From NCBI GenBank assembly GCA_947445995.1, contig CANFED010000001.1:1-44782 (forward strand): 44,782 nucleotides of DNA. Direction: 5' to 3'. Below the pieces are notes generated by a model. It saw only the letters and a program-made list of their open reading frames with translations. It searched no databases and was not told where the DNA came from. This document shows, piece after piece, positions 8,770 through 19,014 of the stretch. This stretch comes from Oxalobacteraceae bacterium. Its GTDB lineage: Bacteria; Pseudomonadota; Gammaproteobacteria; Burkholderiales; Burkholderiaceae_D. The position numbers and the translations under genes were made by a program. Position 1 is the first letter of the stretch; each line of letters opens with the position of its first letter.

Positions 8770-9912
8770 ATGCAAAACAATTCGATCGTGAATACTCTGG
8801 CTCCTGTCGTCAGCGCATCTGCTACCAAGCCACGGGTTGCAGAAAACAATGCGCCTGACCAGCAATTCAACCAACTGCTGTCACGTCAGATGAAAGACCG
8901 CATCCCCCCGGCATCCGCGACCAAACCTGCCGACGCGGTCAAGCCAGCATCAGCCAAAGCACCTGACGCATCAAGCAAAGCCACTACCAGCGAACCCGCT
9001 GCCAACACCAGCACCAGCACCAGCACGACAACGGTACCGGCCACCGAACCCGCTGCCAGCAAGACCGATGCCGATACCAAAGATAAACCGGACGCCAGCA
9101 CGACTGCCCTCCCCGTCAACAGCACCGATGCCGCACTCAGTGCGTCGGCGGCCATCATGGCGCTGGTCGCCAATGCCGGTGTGCCTGCCGCAGTTGCGCC
9201 CGCAGCGCCGGCAAAAATCGAACTTGATCCGGATGCGCTGACAAAAAATACCCGTATCGATGCACGCGCGACGCCCGACGACGGGCCCACTGATGCAGCG
9301 ATCAAGGAGCTTGTCGCCAAAGACGCCGGTCAATTTACCACCGCGCTAAAAATGGCCTCGACTGCCAACGTCAATAAGGACACCGCTCTGGCAAAACTTG
9401 TCGAGCAGCCGGTCGCCGGCAACGGACTGCAACCGGCACAGCAAACTGCATTGACAATGGCGGCACCGGCTGGCGTTCATCCCGGAAACAGCTTGACTCC
9501 GCAGATCGACAACAGTGCCTGGAATCAGGCCCTGGGCCAGCGTATGGTGTGGATGGTTGCTGGTGCCGAGCAGTCCGCTACGCTGACCTTGAATCCTCCC
9601 GACCTTGGACCGTTGCAGGTGGTACTTAATGTCTCCAACGGTCAGGCGGACGCCAGCTTCTTCGCAAACCAGCCGGAAGTGCGTCAGGCACTCGAAGCTG
9701 CCCTGCCGAAATTACGTGAAATGCTTGGCGATGCCGGTATCTCGCTGGGACAGGCCAATGTCAGTTCCGGTAGTCCAAATCCGCAAAGCAATTCAGGTCA
9801 ACGTGACAACGGCCCGCGCCGCAGTAGCGAGTCTGGCGTGTCCGGCACCACGACCGTGACCGCACGTCGCATCACTTCCGCCGGGAATGGCATGGTCGAC
9901 ACCTTTGCGTGA
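8770..9912 (+). CDS. fliK: Hook-length control protein FliK
   Basis: A/P/T/S-rich N-terminal region; C-domain LTLNPPDLGPLQV...VRQALEAALPKLREML; terminal VDTFA. Confidence 0.95.
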   Translation: MQNNSIVNTLAPVVSASATKPRVAENNAPDQQFNQLLSRQMKDRIPPASATKPADAVKPASAKAPDASSKATTSEPAANTSTSTSTTTVPATEPAASKTDADTKDKPDASTTALPVNSTDAALSASAAIMALVANAGVPAAVAPAAPAKIELDPDALTKNTRIDARATPDDGPTDAAIKELVAKDAGQFTTALKMASTANVNKDTALAKLVEQPVAGNGLQPAQQTALTMAAPAGVHPGNSLTPQIDNSAWNQALGQRMVWMVAGAEQSATLTLNPPDLGPLQVVLNVSNGQADASFFANQPEVRQALEAALPKLREMLGDAGISLGQANVSSGSPNPQSNSGQRDNGPRRSSESGVSGTTTVTARRITSAGNGMVDTFA

Positions 9913-10109
9913 AGTGCGTCGCGTCAGATAAATGCATCCCTTGCGAGGTCGTCACGTAACCATTTCTCGCGTACCATGACGAGGCAAAAACCGGCACCTG
10001 TGCATGCGACGATCTGCGCAGTGATAAGTGCTCTTTTCGACGCATCTGGCATGGTCGTTTTTTTCAATAATGGTTACTGAAAGTTCAGTGCAGTTCACAA
10101 GGAAACGAG

Positions 10110-10619
10110 ATGGCGACAGCACCCAAGGCCGCACCGGCAGCAGACGATGCATCAGGCGGCAAAAAGAAATCCAAACTCAAGCTGATCATCATCGCCCTCG
10201 TGGTGCTGGCAATCGGCGGTGGTGCCGCAGGTTATTTTCTGATGATGAAAAAAGCCAAGCCCGCCGGTGAGCATGTTGAAGAAGAATCCCATGAGTCCGC
10301 CAAGGCACCAGTGTTTCTGGTGCTCGATCCGTTTACGGTCAACCTGCAACAGGAAAACGGCGACCAATATTTGCAGGTTGCCATGACCGTCCAGGTGGCC
10401 GATGACAAGCAATCCGAAGAAATCAAGGTCTACTTGCCGCAAGTGCGCAGCCGCGTACTGATGGTTCTGTCGAGCAAGAAGGCATCGGAAATTAATACGC
10501 CCGAGGGCAAGAAGCAACTGGCGGACGACATCATTGCGCAGATCAAACGACCTTTTGCGGAGAAGGGCAAACCGCAAAAAGTCAGTGACGTGTTTTTCAC
10601 CTCCTTTGTGATCCAATAA
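10110..10619 (+). CDS. fliL: Flagellar basal-body protein FliL
   Basis: N-terminal TM, FTVNL, VFFTSFVIQ. Confidence 0.96.
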   Translation: MATAPKAAPAADDASGGKKKSKLKLIIIALVVLAIGGGAAGYFLMMKKAKPAGEHVEEESHESAKAPVFLVLDPFTVNLQQENGDQYLQVAMTVQVADDKQSEEIKVYLPQVRSRVLMVLSSKKASEINTPEGKKQLADDIIAQIKRPFAEKGKPQKVSDVFFTSFVIQ

Positions 10620-10625
10620 CCGGCC

Positions 10626-11627
10626 ATGGCTGACAATTTCCTTTCGCAAGAAGAAGTCGATGCGCTGCTCAAGGGCGTCAACGGCGATCAGGATGACGTG
10701 CATGCGCCGGAGGATCAATCCGGTGTGCGGCCCTACAATCTGGCGACGCAGGAGCGCATCGTGCGCGGCCGCATGCCGACGCTGGAAATCATCAATGAAC
10801 GGTTTGCGCGTTTGCTGCGCATTGGCCTGTTCAATTTCTTGCGGCGCAGCGCCGAAGTATCGATCGGCCCCGTACGCGTATCGAAGTACAGTGAATTCAT
10901 CCGCAATCTGGTGGTACCAACCAACCTGAATCTGGTACACATGAAGCCGTTGCGCGGCACGGTGCTGATGGTGTTCGATCCGAATCTGGTGTTCCTGATC
11001 GTCGATAACCTGTTCGGTGGCGATGGCCGATTCCATACGCGTGTCGAAGGACGCGATTTCACCCAGACCGAACAGCGCATCATCCAGCGCATCCTGGCCA
11101 TCGTTTTCGAAAACTATTCGAAGTCCTGGGAGCCGGTCTATCCGGTCGAATTCGAGTACATCCGCTCCGAAATGAACACCCAGTTCGCCAACATCGCCAC
11201 GCCAAACGAAGTCGTGATCTGCACCACCTTCACGATCGAACTCGGCCCGGTCAGTGGCGAAATGCACTTCTGTATTCCGTACTCCACCATCGAGCCGATC
11301 CGCGACATACTCACCAGTAGCCTGCAAGGCGAGACGCTGGAAGTCGACAAACGCTGGATTCGTCTGATGACGCAACAGATCCAGACAGCGGAGGTCGAAA
11401 TCGTTGCCGATTTCGGTGTCGCCCGAAGCAACTTCGGGGATATCCTGAACATGCGGGTCGGCGACATCATTCCGCTCAACGTACCGGAGGTCGTGCTGGC
11501 GAAAGTCGATGGCGTGCCGGTGATGGAATGCACGTACGGCAAACTCAATGGGCAATACGCACTACGAGTCGACAAGTTACTGGCTCATAGTTCAACCGAC
11601 GCACTGCATGGAGATGAAAATGGCTGA
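10626..11627 (+). CDS. fliM: Flagellar motor switch protein FliM
   Basis: CheY-binding LSQEEVDALL, RGRMPTLEIINERFAR, FGGDG. Confidence 0.98.
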   Translation: MADNFLSQEEVDALLKGVNGDQDDVHAPEDQSGVRPYNLATQERIVRGRMPTLEIINERFARLLRIGLFNFLRRSAEVSIGPVRVSKYSEFIRNLVVPTNLNLVHMKPLRGTVLMVFDPNLVFLIVDNLFGGDGRFHTRVEGRDFTQTEQRIIQRILAIVFENYSKSWEPVYPVEFEYIRSEMNTQFANIATPNEVVICTTFTIELGPVSGEMHFCIPYSTIEPIRDILTSSLQGETLEVDKRWIRLMTQQIQTAEVEIVADFGVARSNFGDILNMRVGDIIPLNVPEVVLAKVDGVPVMECTYGKLNGQYALRVDKLLAHSSTDALHGDENG

Positions 11628-12033
11628 CAACGACGAGCAACAAGCAGCAGAAGACGACTGGGGCGCAGCGATTGCCGAGCAGGAGCAAGCTGAAAAAGCC
11701 GCGCTCAATGCTCAGCAGGCCAGCCCGACCGTGTTTCAGGAATTCGCCAGTACTAGCAAGACCACCACCCACAACGACATCGATTTCATCCTCGATATTC
11801 CGGTCCAGTTGACGGTCGAACTGGGCCGGACCAAGATCGCCATCAAGAACCTGCTGCAACTGGCGCAAGGTTCGGTCGTTGAACTCGATGGTCTCGCCGG
11901 CGAACCGATGGATGTTCTGGTCAATGGCTGCCTCATCGCCCAAGGCGAGGTCGTCGTGGTCAATGACAAGTTCGGCATCCGCCTGACCGATATCATTTCG
12001 CCGGCCGAACGCATCAAGAAACTCAACAGATGA
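11620..12033 (+). CDS. fliN: Flagellar motor switch protein FliN
   Basis: LDIPVQLTVELGRT, GEVVVVNDKFGIRLTDII. Confidence 0.97.
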   Translation: MADNDEQQAAEDDWGAAIAEQEQAEKAALNAQQASPTVFQEFASTSKTTTHNDIDFILDIPVQLTVELGRTKIAIKNLLQLAQGSVVELDGLAGEPMDVLVNGCLIAQGEVVVVNDKFGIRLTDIISPAERIKKLNR

Positions 12034-12518
12034 AAGGGGCCGGGATGTTCTTCCCGGCGCTGCTGGCAGCGCCGGAGATTTTTGCGCAAGTGGCAACGAC
12101 GAGCGCGCCGGTTGCTGCGCCGGTCGCCGCCGCGACTTCTCCGGGAAACATGCTGCAAGTGATGGTCGGCCTGATGGTTGTGCTGGGCCTGCTGATCGCC
12201 GTTGCCTGGTCAATGAAAAAAATGGGAGCCGGCAAACATGCGGCAGCCGGTGCCCTGAAAATCGTCGGTGGTGTCAGCGTTGGCAACCGCGAGCGCATCC
12301 TGGTCGTCGAAGTCGCTGATCAGTGGATCGTTGTTGGTGTCACGCCCACATCAATCAGCGCGTTGTCAACAATGCCAAAACAGGAAGGCGTCGAACTCTC
12401 CGCCGTGGCACCACTTGCCAAGAATTTCTCGGACTGGCTCAAACAGACCATCGACAAACGCAAGACCGACCAGCTCAACAGCGCGTCGAAACCTTCCGGA
12501 CTGGACAATGCACATTAA
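12030..12518 (+). CDS. fliO: Flagellar export protein FliO
   Basis: Single TM, then [12 protein letters not shown]...VVGVTP; lies between fliN and fliP. Confidence 0.93.
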   Translation: MKGAGMFFPALLAAPEIFAQVATTSAPVAAPVAAATSPGNMLQVMVGLMVVLGLLIAVAWSMKKMGAGKHAAAGALKIVGGVSVGNRERILVVEVADQWIVVGVTPTSISALSTMPKQEGVELSAVAPLAKNFSDWLKQTIDKRKTDQLNSASKPSGLDNAH

Positions 12519-13263
12519 GTTGTCGACCTGCCTGCGCTGGAGCGCAGTGGCCCTGGTCGCATTACCGCTGTTCGCGTATGCCCAGCAAGCCGGCCTGCCC
12601 GCCCTGACCAGTACGCCGACCGCCGGTGGCGGACAGAACTATACGTTGAGCCTGCAGACGCTGCTATTGCTGACCGCGCTGACCTTCCTGCCGGCGGCCC
12701 TGCTGATGATGACCAGTTTCACGCGCATCATCATCGTGCTGTCACTGCTGCGCCAGGCGCTCGGCACGCAATCGGCACCGCCAAATCAGGTGATGGTCGG
12801 ACTGGCTCTTTTCCTGACCCTGTTTGTCATGGGTCCGGTACTCGACAAGATTTATGACGATGCCTATTTGCCGTTACAGGAAAACAAGATCAGCATGACG
12901 CAGGCAATGGATCGCGGTATTGCGCCATTGAAAGCCTTCATGATGAAGCAGACGCGCCAGACTGATCTGGCGTTGTACGTCAAGATGTCCAACAGCCCGG
13001 CGCTGCAAGGTCCCGAAGACGTGCCGCTGCGCATTCTGGTGCCGGCCTTCGTCACCAGCGAACTCAAGACTGCCTTCCAGATCAGTTTTGCCATTTTCAT
13101 CCCGTTCCTGATCATCGACATGGTGGTCGCCAGCGTGCTGATGTCGATGGGGATGATGATGGTGTCACCGTCTATCGTGTCGCTGCCGTTCAAGTTAATG
13201 CTGTTCGTCCTCGTCGATGGCTGGCAGCTACTTATCGGTTCGCTGGCACAAAGTTTTTACTAG
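12508..13263 (+). CDS. fliP: Flagellar export gate protein FliP
   Basis: [46 protein letters not shown]; start moved to ATG 12508 to give a signal peptide. Confidence 0.97.
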   Translation: MHIKLSTCLRWSAVALVALPLFAYAQQAGLPALTSTPTAGGGQNYTLSLQTLLLLTALTFLPAALLMMTSFTRIIIVLSLLRQALGTQSAPPNQVMVGLALFLTLFVMGPVLDKIYDDAYLPLQENKISMTQAMDRGIAPLKAFMMKQTRQTDLALYVKMSNSPALQGPEDVPLRILVPAFVTSELKTAFQISFAIFIPFLIIDMVVASVLMSMGMMMVSPSIVSLPFKLMLFVLVDGWQLLIGSLAQSFY

Positions 13264-13272
13264 GAGACGCCA

Positions 13273-13542
13273 ATGACACCGGAAAGCGTCATGTCGATGG
13301 GGCGCCATGCAATGGAAGTGACGCTGATGGTCGCCGCACCGCTGCTGATGGTGGCGTTGATCATCGGCCTGATCGTCAGCATTTTCCAGGCCGCGACACA
13401 GATCAATGAACAGACCCTGTCTTTCATTCCAAAACTGGTCGGCATTTTTGTCACGCTGATCGTCGCCGGTCCGTGGATGCTGTCGATCATGCTCGACTAC
13501 ATGCGTGAAATGTTCACCGGCATTCCGTCGATGATAGGCTGA
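13273..13542 (+). CDS. fliQ: Flagellar export gate protein FliQ
   Basis: FQAATQINEQTLSFIPKL; AGGAG RBS. Confidence 0.98.
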   Translation: MTPESVMSMGRHAMEVTLMVAAPLLMVALIIGLIVSIFQAATQINEQTLSFIPKLVGIFVTLIVAGPWMLSIMLDYMREMFTGIPSMIG

Positions 13543-13560
13543 CCCCGATCAACCGCCAGC

Positions 13561-14337
13561 ATGCTCAACTTCAGCTCCACCGAACTCAACGCCCTGATCA
13601 CCGGCTTCCTTTGGCCATTGACCCGCATTCTCGGTTTGATTGCGGTCGCCCCACTGTTCAGCAATGCCAGCGTGCCGCGACGTACCAAAGTCGGGCTGGG
13701 TATTTTGCTGGCAATGATCGTCGCACCCCTGGTGCAGGTGCCCGCCGGACTGGAACCGATGTCGATGCAGGGTTTGCTGATTCTGGTGCAGCAATTGATG
13801 ATAGGGATCGCGATGGGCTTTTCGATGCGGATCATTTTCTCCGCCGTTGAAATGGCTGGCGAGATATCGAGCATGACGATGGGACTGGGTTTTGCGACCT
13901 TTTTTGATCCGCAATCGCGCGGTCGTTCGAACGCCGTCAGTCAGTTCCTCGGCTTGCTGGTGCTGATGCTCTATCTGGCAGCGAATGTCCACCTGGCCTT
14001 GTTGTCGACACTGGTGGACAGCTTCACCACCATGCCGATCACGGTAGGGCCAATGACCGGCAATATTGCCGAACAGGTCGCGCGGTGGGGCGGTCGCGTG
14101 TTCAGCGCGGGGCTGCAACTATCGCTGCCGATTGTCGCTGCGCTGCTCATCACCAATATCGCACTCGGTATCCTGACGCGTGCCGCGCCGTCCCTCAATC
14201 TGTTCGGTATCGGTTTTCCGATCACGCTGGCGATCGGCTTCACGATGCTCGGCCTGATCCTGCCGTACCTGACAACGCCGATACTCAATCTGTTCGAAGA
14301 AACCATCAACACGATCCGCCGACTGACGGGTGGTTAA
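13561..14337 (+). CDS. fliR: Flagellar export gate protein FliR
   Basis: Polytopic membrane protein; MGLGFATFFDP, RAAPSLNLFGIGFP. Confidence 0.97.
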   Translation: MLNFSSTELNALITGFLWPLTRILGLIAVAPLFSNASVPRRTKVGLGILLAMIVAPLVQVPAGLEPMSMQGLLILVQQLMIGIAMGFSMRIIFSAVEMAGEISSMTMGLGFATFFDPQSRGRSNAVSQFLGLLVLMLYLAANVHLALLSTLVDSFTTMPITVGPMTGNIAEQVARWGGRVFSAGLQLSLPIVAALLITNIALGILTRAAPSLNLFGIGFPITLAIGFTMLGLILPYLTTPILNLFEETINTIRRLTGG

Positions 14338-14355
14338 TTTGCAAGGAAACCCACG

Positions 14356-14757
14356 ATGAACATGATCTCCCGCTTCTGCATCCTGCTACTGGGTGCGACC
14401 GCATTGTCAGCCGGTGCATCGACACCGCTGGTTGCCGCGCACATGAATGTGCTGGAAGAAAAGCGCAACGCTATTGTCAACCTCGATGCCGGCAGTGCGG
14501 CAGAACTGGGAAGTGGCCGCGACCTCAATGGACTGCAGGGACGGACACGGGATTTTCAGGGACAGAGCGTGCCGTTGTACGCGATTTCAGATGGATCGAT
14601 TTCGGCCGGCCGCTTCTTGCGATTGGTACAGTTCGACAGACAACTTGCCGGTACGCTCCAATGCCAACTGGTACAACTTGGCAACAGCCCGGACCTGCCA
14701 GGCGTAAAGCTGGTGGTACTGGCGCAGCAATGTGCGATCGTGCGGCTCAATCACTGA
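14356..14757 (+). CDS. Hypothetical exported protein (133 aa, two C-terminal Cys)
   Basis: AAGGA RBS 18 nt after the fliR stop, Sec-type signal peptide; family not recognised. Confidence 0.7.
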   Translation: MNMISRFCILLLGATALSAGASTPLVAAHMNVLEEKRNAIVNLDAGSAAELGSGRDLNGLQGRTRDFQGQSVPLYAISDGSISAGRFLRLVQFDRQLAGTLQCQLVQLGNSPDLPGVKLVVLAQQCAIVRLNH

Positions 14758-14844
14758 GCCTAAGGTCAGCGCTCCTCTCCTCTCCGATCTCTCCGGCAGA
14801 GCTTGCTGCTCGAAGAAATAAAATCGGTCCAGCCAGAATCAGGA

Positions 14845-16077
14845 TTAGTTGATGTAATTGAACAGGGACAAATTGGCAATCTTGACAAACGATTGCTGGG
14901 CGGCTTGCAAGGTCAACTGATTCTGCGTCAGTTCACTCGCCGCTTTCGCATAATCGAGATCCTGCAAATTCGATAACGTCGACGCATATTGCAGACTGCG
15001 GTTATCGCCTTCGGTATCGAGCGTATCAAGCTCTTGCAAGCGCGCACCGCCCGCTGCCCGTACATTCAACACCGTATCGAGTGCTGCCGACACGTTGTTA
15101 TTGGCCGAACTAAGACTGGCCGACAGATTGGCCTTGGCAGTGAGCGAAGAGGCTGGCGTATTTAACGAGGTGATCAGGTCACCGATGGTCTTGAAGATGC
15201 TCTGCGCATTCGGGTTGATGTTGTACTTGTTGCCGCTAGCCGGTGCGCCGGTAGCCGTAAATTGCAAGCCATCAAAGGTAATCGTCTGCGGGTTGGTTGT
15301 GTAGTTGGCTGACGCGGACAATGGGGCGGACTTGGTCGGGTCCGTGCTCAAGTCGTAGACCTTGAAGCTGGAGATGCCGGCGGTGGTCGTGAAGTCAATG
15401 CTGTAATTGTGATGCTTCAGCAAGGTCGCATCGACCACGGTTGCTGCGCTGATGGCACCGGCACCGACGGCACTGTTGCTGATATCAGGCGTCACCGACA
15501 CGCTGTCGTCACCACTCTTGATGTTCTGGAAAATCGCACTGCCGGTATCGTTGATCGGTAGCTGACGCGAGGTACTCACTTGCAGTTGGCGTTGCCCCTG
15601 ATCACCGTTGTAGGTGGCAGTTGTTCCCGAGACATCGGTAAATGGTGCGGTCGTACTCTGGAAGCCGCCAAAAATGTAATTTCCCGTACTGTCGCGGCTG
15701 TTGGCGATACCCATCAGTTCCTGATAACGACCGGCCAGTTCGCTGGCCATGTACTGGCGCTGGCTATCATCGAGCGCACCGTTGCCGGCAGCAATGGTCA
15801 GCGTTTTCACGTTTTGCAGCAAGGTCGTGTAGTTGGAAAGGATACTTTCCTGCAGAGACAACGCGCCCTTTGCCGTATCGCGGTTCGCCGCAAACTGGGT
15901 GTTGACGTCGATGGCCTGCGAAACCGTCAGCGCAGCTGCAGCCGCTACGGGATCATCGGCCGGAGTCAGGATGCGTTTGCCAGACGCAATCTGCGTCTGT
16001 TTTTGCGCCACGCTCGATTGCAGGTCGCTAATCCTGGTGCTGGCATTGTCATAAAAAGCGGCGGTACTGATACGCAT
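14845..16077 (-). CDS. flgL: Hook-associated protein 3, FlgL
   Basis: MRIST, SGKRILTPADDPVAA, GNYIFGG, DLDYAKA, LSLFNYI. Confidence 0.97.
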   Translation of the reverse strand: MRISTAAFYDNASTRISDLQSSVAQKQTQIASGKRILTPADDPVAAAAALTVSQAIDVNTQFAANRDTAKGALSLQESILSNYTTLLQNVKTLTIAAGNGALDDSQRQYMASELAGRYQELMGIANSRDSTGNYIFGGFQSTTAPFTDVSGTTATYNGDQGQRQLQVSTSRQLPINDTGSAIFQNIKSGDDSVSVTPDISNSAVGAGAISAATVVDATLLKHHNYSIDFTTTAGISSFKVYDLSTDPTKSAPLSASANYTTNPQTITFDGLQFTATGAPASGNKYNINPNAQSIFKTIGDLITSLNTPASSLTAKANLSASLSSANNNVSAALDTVLNVRAAGGARLQELDTLDTEGDNRSLQYASTLSNLQDLDYAKAASELTQNQLTLQAAQQSFVKIANLSLFNYIN

Positions 16078-16088
16078 GATCCGGACTC

Positions 16089-18014
16089 CTATCGGCCAAG
16101 GCTGAGCAAGACATCGAACAGCGTGCTGGCGGTTTGCATGATTTTTCCGGCGGCCTGGTAGGCCTGCTGGTAGCGCAGCAAATTGCTGGCTTCTTCATCG
16201 AGATTGACACCGGATTGCGATTGCTGGATCGCCAGTACGCTATCGACCAGTTTGCCTTCCGACGCTGCATTGGCTACCACTTCACGGGTCTTGTTGCCAA
16301 CGTTGTTGACCATCAGACCGAACGCGCCTGACAGCGTCGTACTGGCCTGGCCGCTGACTCCGACTAGCAAATTTTTGGTTTGCAGTGCGCCAAGCGCCAC
16401 CGCATTGCGGCTGTCGCCGGTCGCCACGCCAGTCGTATTGGCCTTGATCGTGAAAGTGTCACCTTCAAGCGGTGCCCCGGTGATATTGAAGCTGACACCA
16501 CCGATGCTGACATTACTACCCGAGGTGTAGTTGATCGGGGTACCCAGTGAGACGGGCACTGTATCGAGCTTGCCATTACTGAACTTGAGCGTGAGCGGCA
16601 AGGTCGGTGGCGCGGTCAGGAACGAGGCACTGACAACACCCGCGCTGATCTTGCCATTGCCACCATTGGTCGTTGTCGATGCCAGTACTACCGGCGCGGC
16701 TGCCGCAACTTCGCTCGTATCCGTGAGCTTGACTGCAATGCTACCGGCGGCGGCAATGGTCGGACGCACCAGAAAACTGCTGTTTGCCGCCATCGTCCCG
16801 GCACCGATCGAGAAGGTGATGCCATCAATCGGATTGGGCGGTGGAAAGCTGCCTTGATAAGCTGGCGCTTTATCGCTCAGGCGCGTCACCGTGTAATTGG
16901 TGCCGTCGTAAGCAACGCTGTAGTCGCTCGCCGTCAGTGCGACCGCATCGGCTGCCGAGGCAATCGTCGCACTGATGACCGGGTTGGTAGTAGAGTTGGT
17001 GCTGCTCGGCGAAACCACGGGTCCCGTGATGCTAAAAAAGTCCTTGCCAGGATTGCCGTTTTGGTCGACCCCGAGTTTCGATTGCTCATTGAAACTGGCG
17101 GCCAGTCCGATCGCGACGCGACCCAGTTCGTTGCGCGCCGGATCGAGCGACTTGGACCGAAAGTCGAGCAAACCACCGAGGGTACCGCCGCTGATCGACG
17201 AGTCCGGCAACTGCAGCAAAGTACTACCACTCTTATAAGCGACAACCAGTTTGCTGGCATCGGTCTGCGAGGTTGCAATGCTGAGTGCAAACGTGGAGGC
17301 ACCGACGACGATAGGCTGACCGTTACCGATACTCACGTTGTATCCGCTGCCGGCCTGATTATCGACGGTGACCTTGACCAGCTTGCTCAGTTCAGAAACG
17401 ATCTGGTCGCGCTGATCGAGCAAATCGTTCGGTGGCGCACCACCGTCGCCGGAGCTCGCTTTTTCGATCGCATCATTGAGCTTGGCAATTTGCTGACCAT
17501 ACGCATTGATTGAACCGACATTGCTAATGATCTGCGCATTGACGCCATCGCCGATCTGAGCCAGCTGTCCGTCGAGGCTCTTGAACCGTGCCGCCAAGGA
17601 CTCGCCTGCAGACAACAAAGTCTGGCGCTGCGCGGTACCGTTCGGCGCTGCGGCCAGACCCTGCACGTTATTGAAAAAATTACTGAGCGTGGGTGACAGG
17701 CCTGTCGAGGAATCGGCAAGCAGGTTGTTGATCTGCGAGACCTGGGTGGAATACGCATCCAGACTGGCCTTGCTGGTCTGCGCGGAATTGACGCGGGTAG
17801 CAGTATAAGCGTCGTAGACCCGCTGGATCGATGCCACGGTGGTGCCTTGCCCGACAAAGCCATCACCCGAACTCTGTCCGCCAGCTGAAGTCTGCACCAC
17901 GACTTGGCGACTGTAACCGGGTGTCGCCGCGTTGGCGATGTTGTGCCCCGTCGTGGTTACCCCGAGTTGTGCTGCCAGTAATCCGCTTTGACCAACGCTT
18001 AATATATTGCCCAT
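16089..18014 (-). CDS. flgK: Hook-associated protein 1, FlgK
   Basis: GHNIANAATPGYSRQ, NDLLDQRD, SGVNLDEEASNLLRYQQAYQAA. Confidence 0.97.
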   Translation of the reverse strand: MGNILSVGQSGLLAAQLGVTTTGHNIANAATPGYSRQVVVQTSAGGQSSGDGFVGQGTTVASIQRVYDAYTATRVNSAQTSKASLDAYSTQVSQINNLLADSSTGLSPTLSNFFNNVQGLAAAPNGTAQRQTLLSAGESLAARFKSLDGQLAQIGDGVNAQIISNVGSINAYGQQIAKLNDAIEKASSGDGGAPPNDLLDQRDQIVSELSKLVKVTVDNQAGSGYNVSIGNGQPIVVGASTFALSIATSQTDASKLVVAYKSGSTLLQLPDSSISGGTLGGLLDFRSKSLDPARNELGRVAIGLAASFNEQSKLGVDQNGNPGKDFFSITGPVVSPSSTNSTTNPVISATIASAADAVALTASDYSVAYDGTNYTVTRLSDKAPAYQGSFPPPNPIDGITFSIGAGTMAANSSFLVRPTIAAAGSIAVKLTDTSEVAAAAPVVLASTTTNGGNGKISAGVVSASFLTAPPTLPLTLKFSNGKLDTVPVSLGTPINYTSGSNVSIGGVSFNITGAPLEGDTFTIKANTTGVATGDSRNAVALGALQTKNLLVGVSGQASTTLSGAFGLMVNNVGNKTREVVANAASEGKLVDSVLAIQQSQSGVNLDEEASNLLRYQQAYQAAGKIMQTASTLFDVLLSLGR

Positions 18015-18044
18015 GATAGTTATCTTCTTTCCGGTGACATCCTG

Positions 18045-18071
18045 TTGACGGCAGCGCCGCCGGAAACTTGA
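18045..18071 (-). promoter_or_regulatory. Sigma-28 (FliA) promoter for flgKL
   Basis: Minus strand TCAAGTTT-N11-GCCGTCAA versus consensus TAAAGTTT-N11-GCCGATAA; flgK is a canonical class-3 target. Confidence 0.85.
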
Positions 18072-18094
18072 GCGCCGTACCGCGCCGTACCGAT

Positions 18095-19003
18095 TTAAGC
18101 CAGCAATGAATTCTTGATGATGCTGGCCACTTTGGCAGCGTAATGTGGATCGGTGGCGTAGCCGGCGCGCTGCAGGCTCTGTGCAAAACCGGTCGCATCG
18201 GTGACGTTATTCATTACATTCTTGTAGCGTGGGTTATTGGTGATGAGGCTGCCGTAATCCTTGAAGGCATCAGCGTAGGAATCATAGGCGCGGAATTTTT
18301 CGATCCGGCTTTGCGCAACACCATTCACATATTCGGTGGTCCTGGCCTCGACGACCTTGCCTTGCCATCCGGCACCAGCCTTGATGCCGAACAGGTTGTG
18401 GCTGGTCTTGCCATCGGTGGCGATGATTTCTTTCTTGCCCCAACCGGTTTCCAGTGCCGCCTGGCCGAGCATGAACTTGGCTGGAATACCAGTCGCGCGA
18501 CTGGCGATTTCCGCCTCGGCACCGAGCTTGTCCTGGAACGCTTTCACATGTGCCGGCTGAGCAGGAAAGCTCTTGCGCACCGGAACGGTCAACGCGGGCA
18601 AGCCGGCCTCAAACGAATTCTTCAGAGGCGTGGCGGGCTTGAGCATCGCCGGGTCGAGCGTCGACTCATTGAGCGCGCCACTGGCCGGTGTCGATGTCAC
18701 CACTGACAATTGCCGAAACAGCACATCCGCCAGACCAACACCGCGCTTGGCCAGGTTTTCACTGACCTTCTGATCCATCATCGCGGTATAGGTCTTGGTC
18801 TCGCTGTTATCGAGCATGCCGTCCTGCGGTGTCGCATCGCGCATGCTCTTCATGATCATGTTCATGAACAGCGCCTCGAACTGCTTGGCCGACGCTTTGA
18901 TCGCTTCGGGTGTGTTGTTCTTTGCCCCTTGCTGCAACTTGCCAACTTCTTTGGCGTCGAATGCCAGCTGGTCTGCCGATAAACCGATTTGATTGATGGC
19001 CAT
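18095..19003 (-). CDS. flgJ: Rod cap / peptidoglycan hydrolase FlgJ
   Basis: QFEALFMNMIMKSMR rod-binding domain; QAALETGWG, NLFGIKA, GYATDP glucosaminidase domain. Confidence 0.97.
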   Translation of the reverse strand: MAINQIGLSADQLAFDAKEVGKLQQGAKNNTPEAIKASAKQFEALFMNMIMKSMRDATPQDGMLDNSETKTYTAMMDQKVSENLAKRGVGLADVLFRQLSVVTSTPASGALNESTLDPAMLKPATPLKNSFEAGLPALTVPVRKSFPAQPAHVKAFQDKLGAEAEIASRATGIPAKFMLGQAALETGWGKKEIIATDGKTSHNLFGIKAGAGWQGKVVEARTTEYVNGVAQSRIEKFRAYDSYADAFKDYGSLITNNPRYKNVMNNVTDATGFAQSLQRAGYATDPHYAAKVASIIKNSLLA

Positions 19004-19014
19004 CGTCGCTCCGA

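Noticed and set aside
10152-11555. 467-aa minus-strand ORF (similarly 7011-8090, 38551-39846, 41205-42788, 43232-44083, 28733-29644)
   Set aside because: Antisense shadows of well-supported genes, expected from high-GC codon bias; no recognisable motifs
6879-14337. Injectisome-type T3SS
   Set aside because: All export genes are flagellar orthologues embedded among rod, hook and ring genes
14356-14757. Calling the orphan gene flhE
   Set aside because: Similar size and export signal only; no recognisable FlhE sequence and Cys spacing differs
14085-14852. 255-aa ORF spanning the fliR end
   Set aside because: Overlaps fliR out of frame with unnatural composition; 14356-14757 has the RBS and signal peptide
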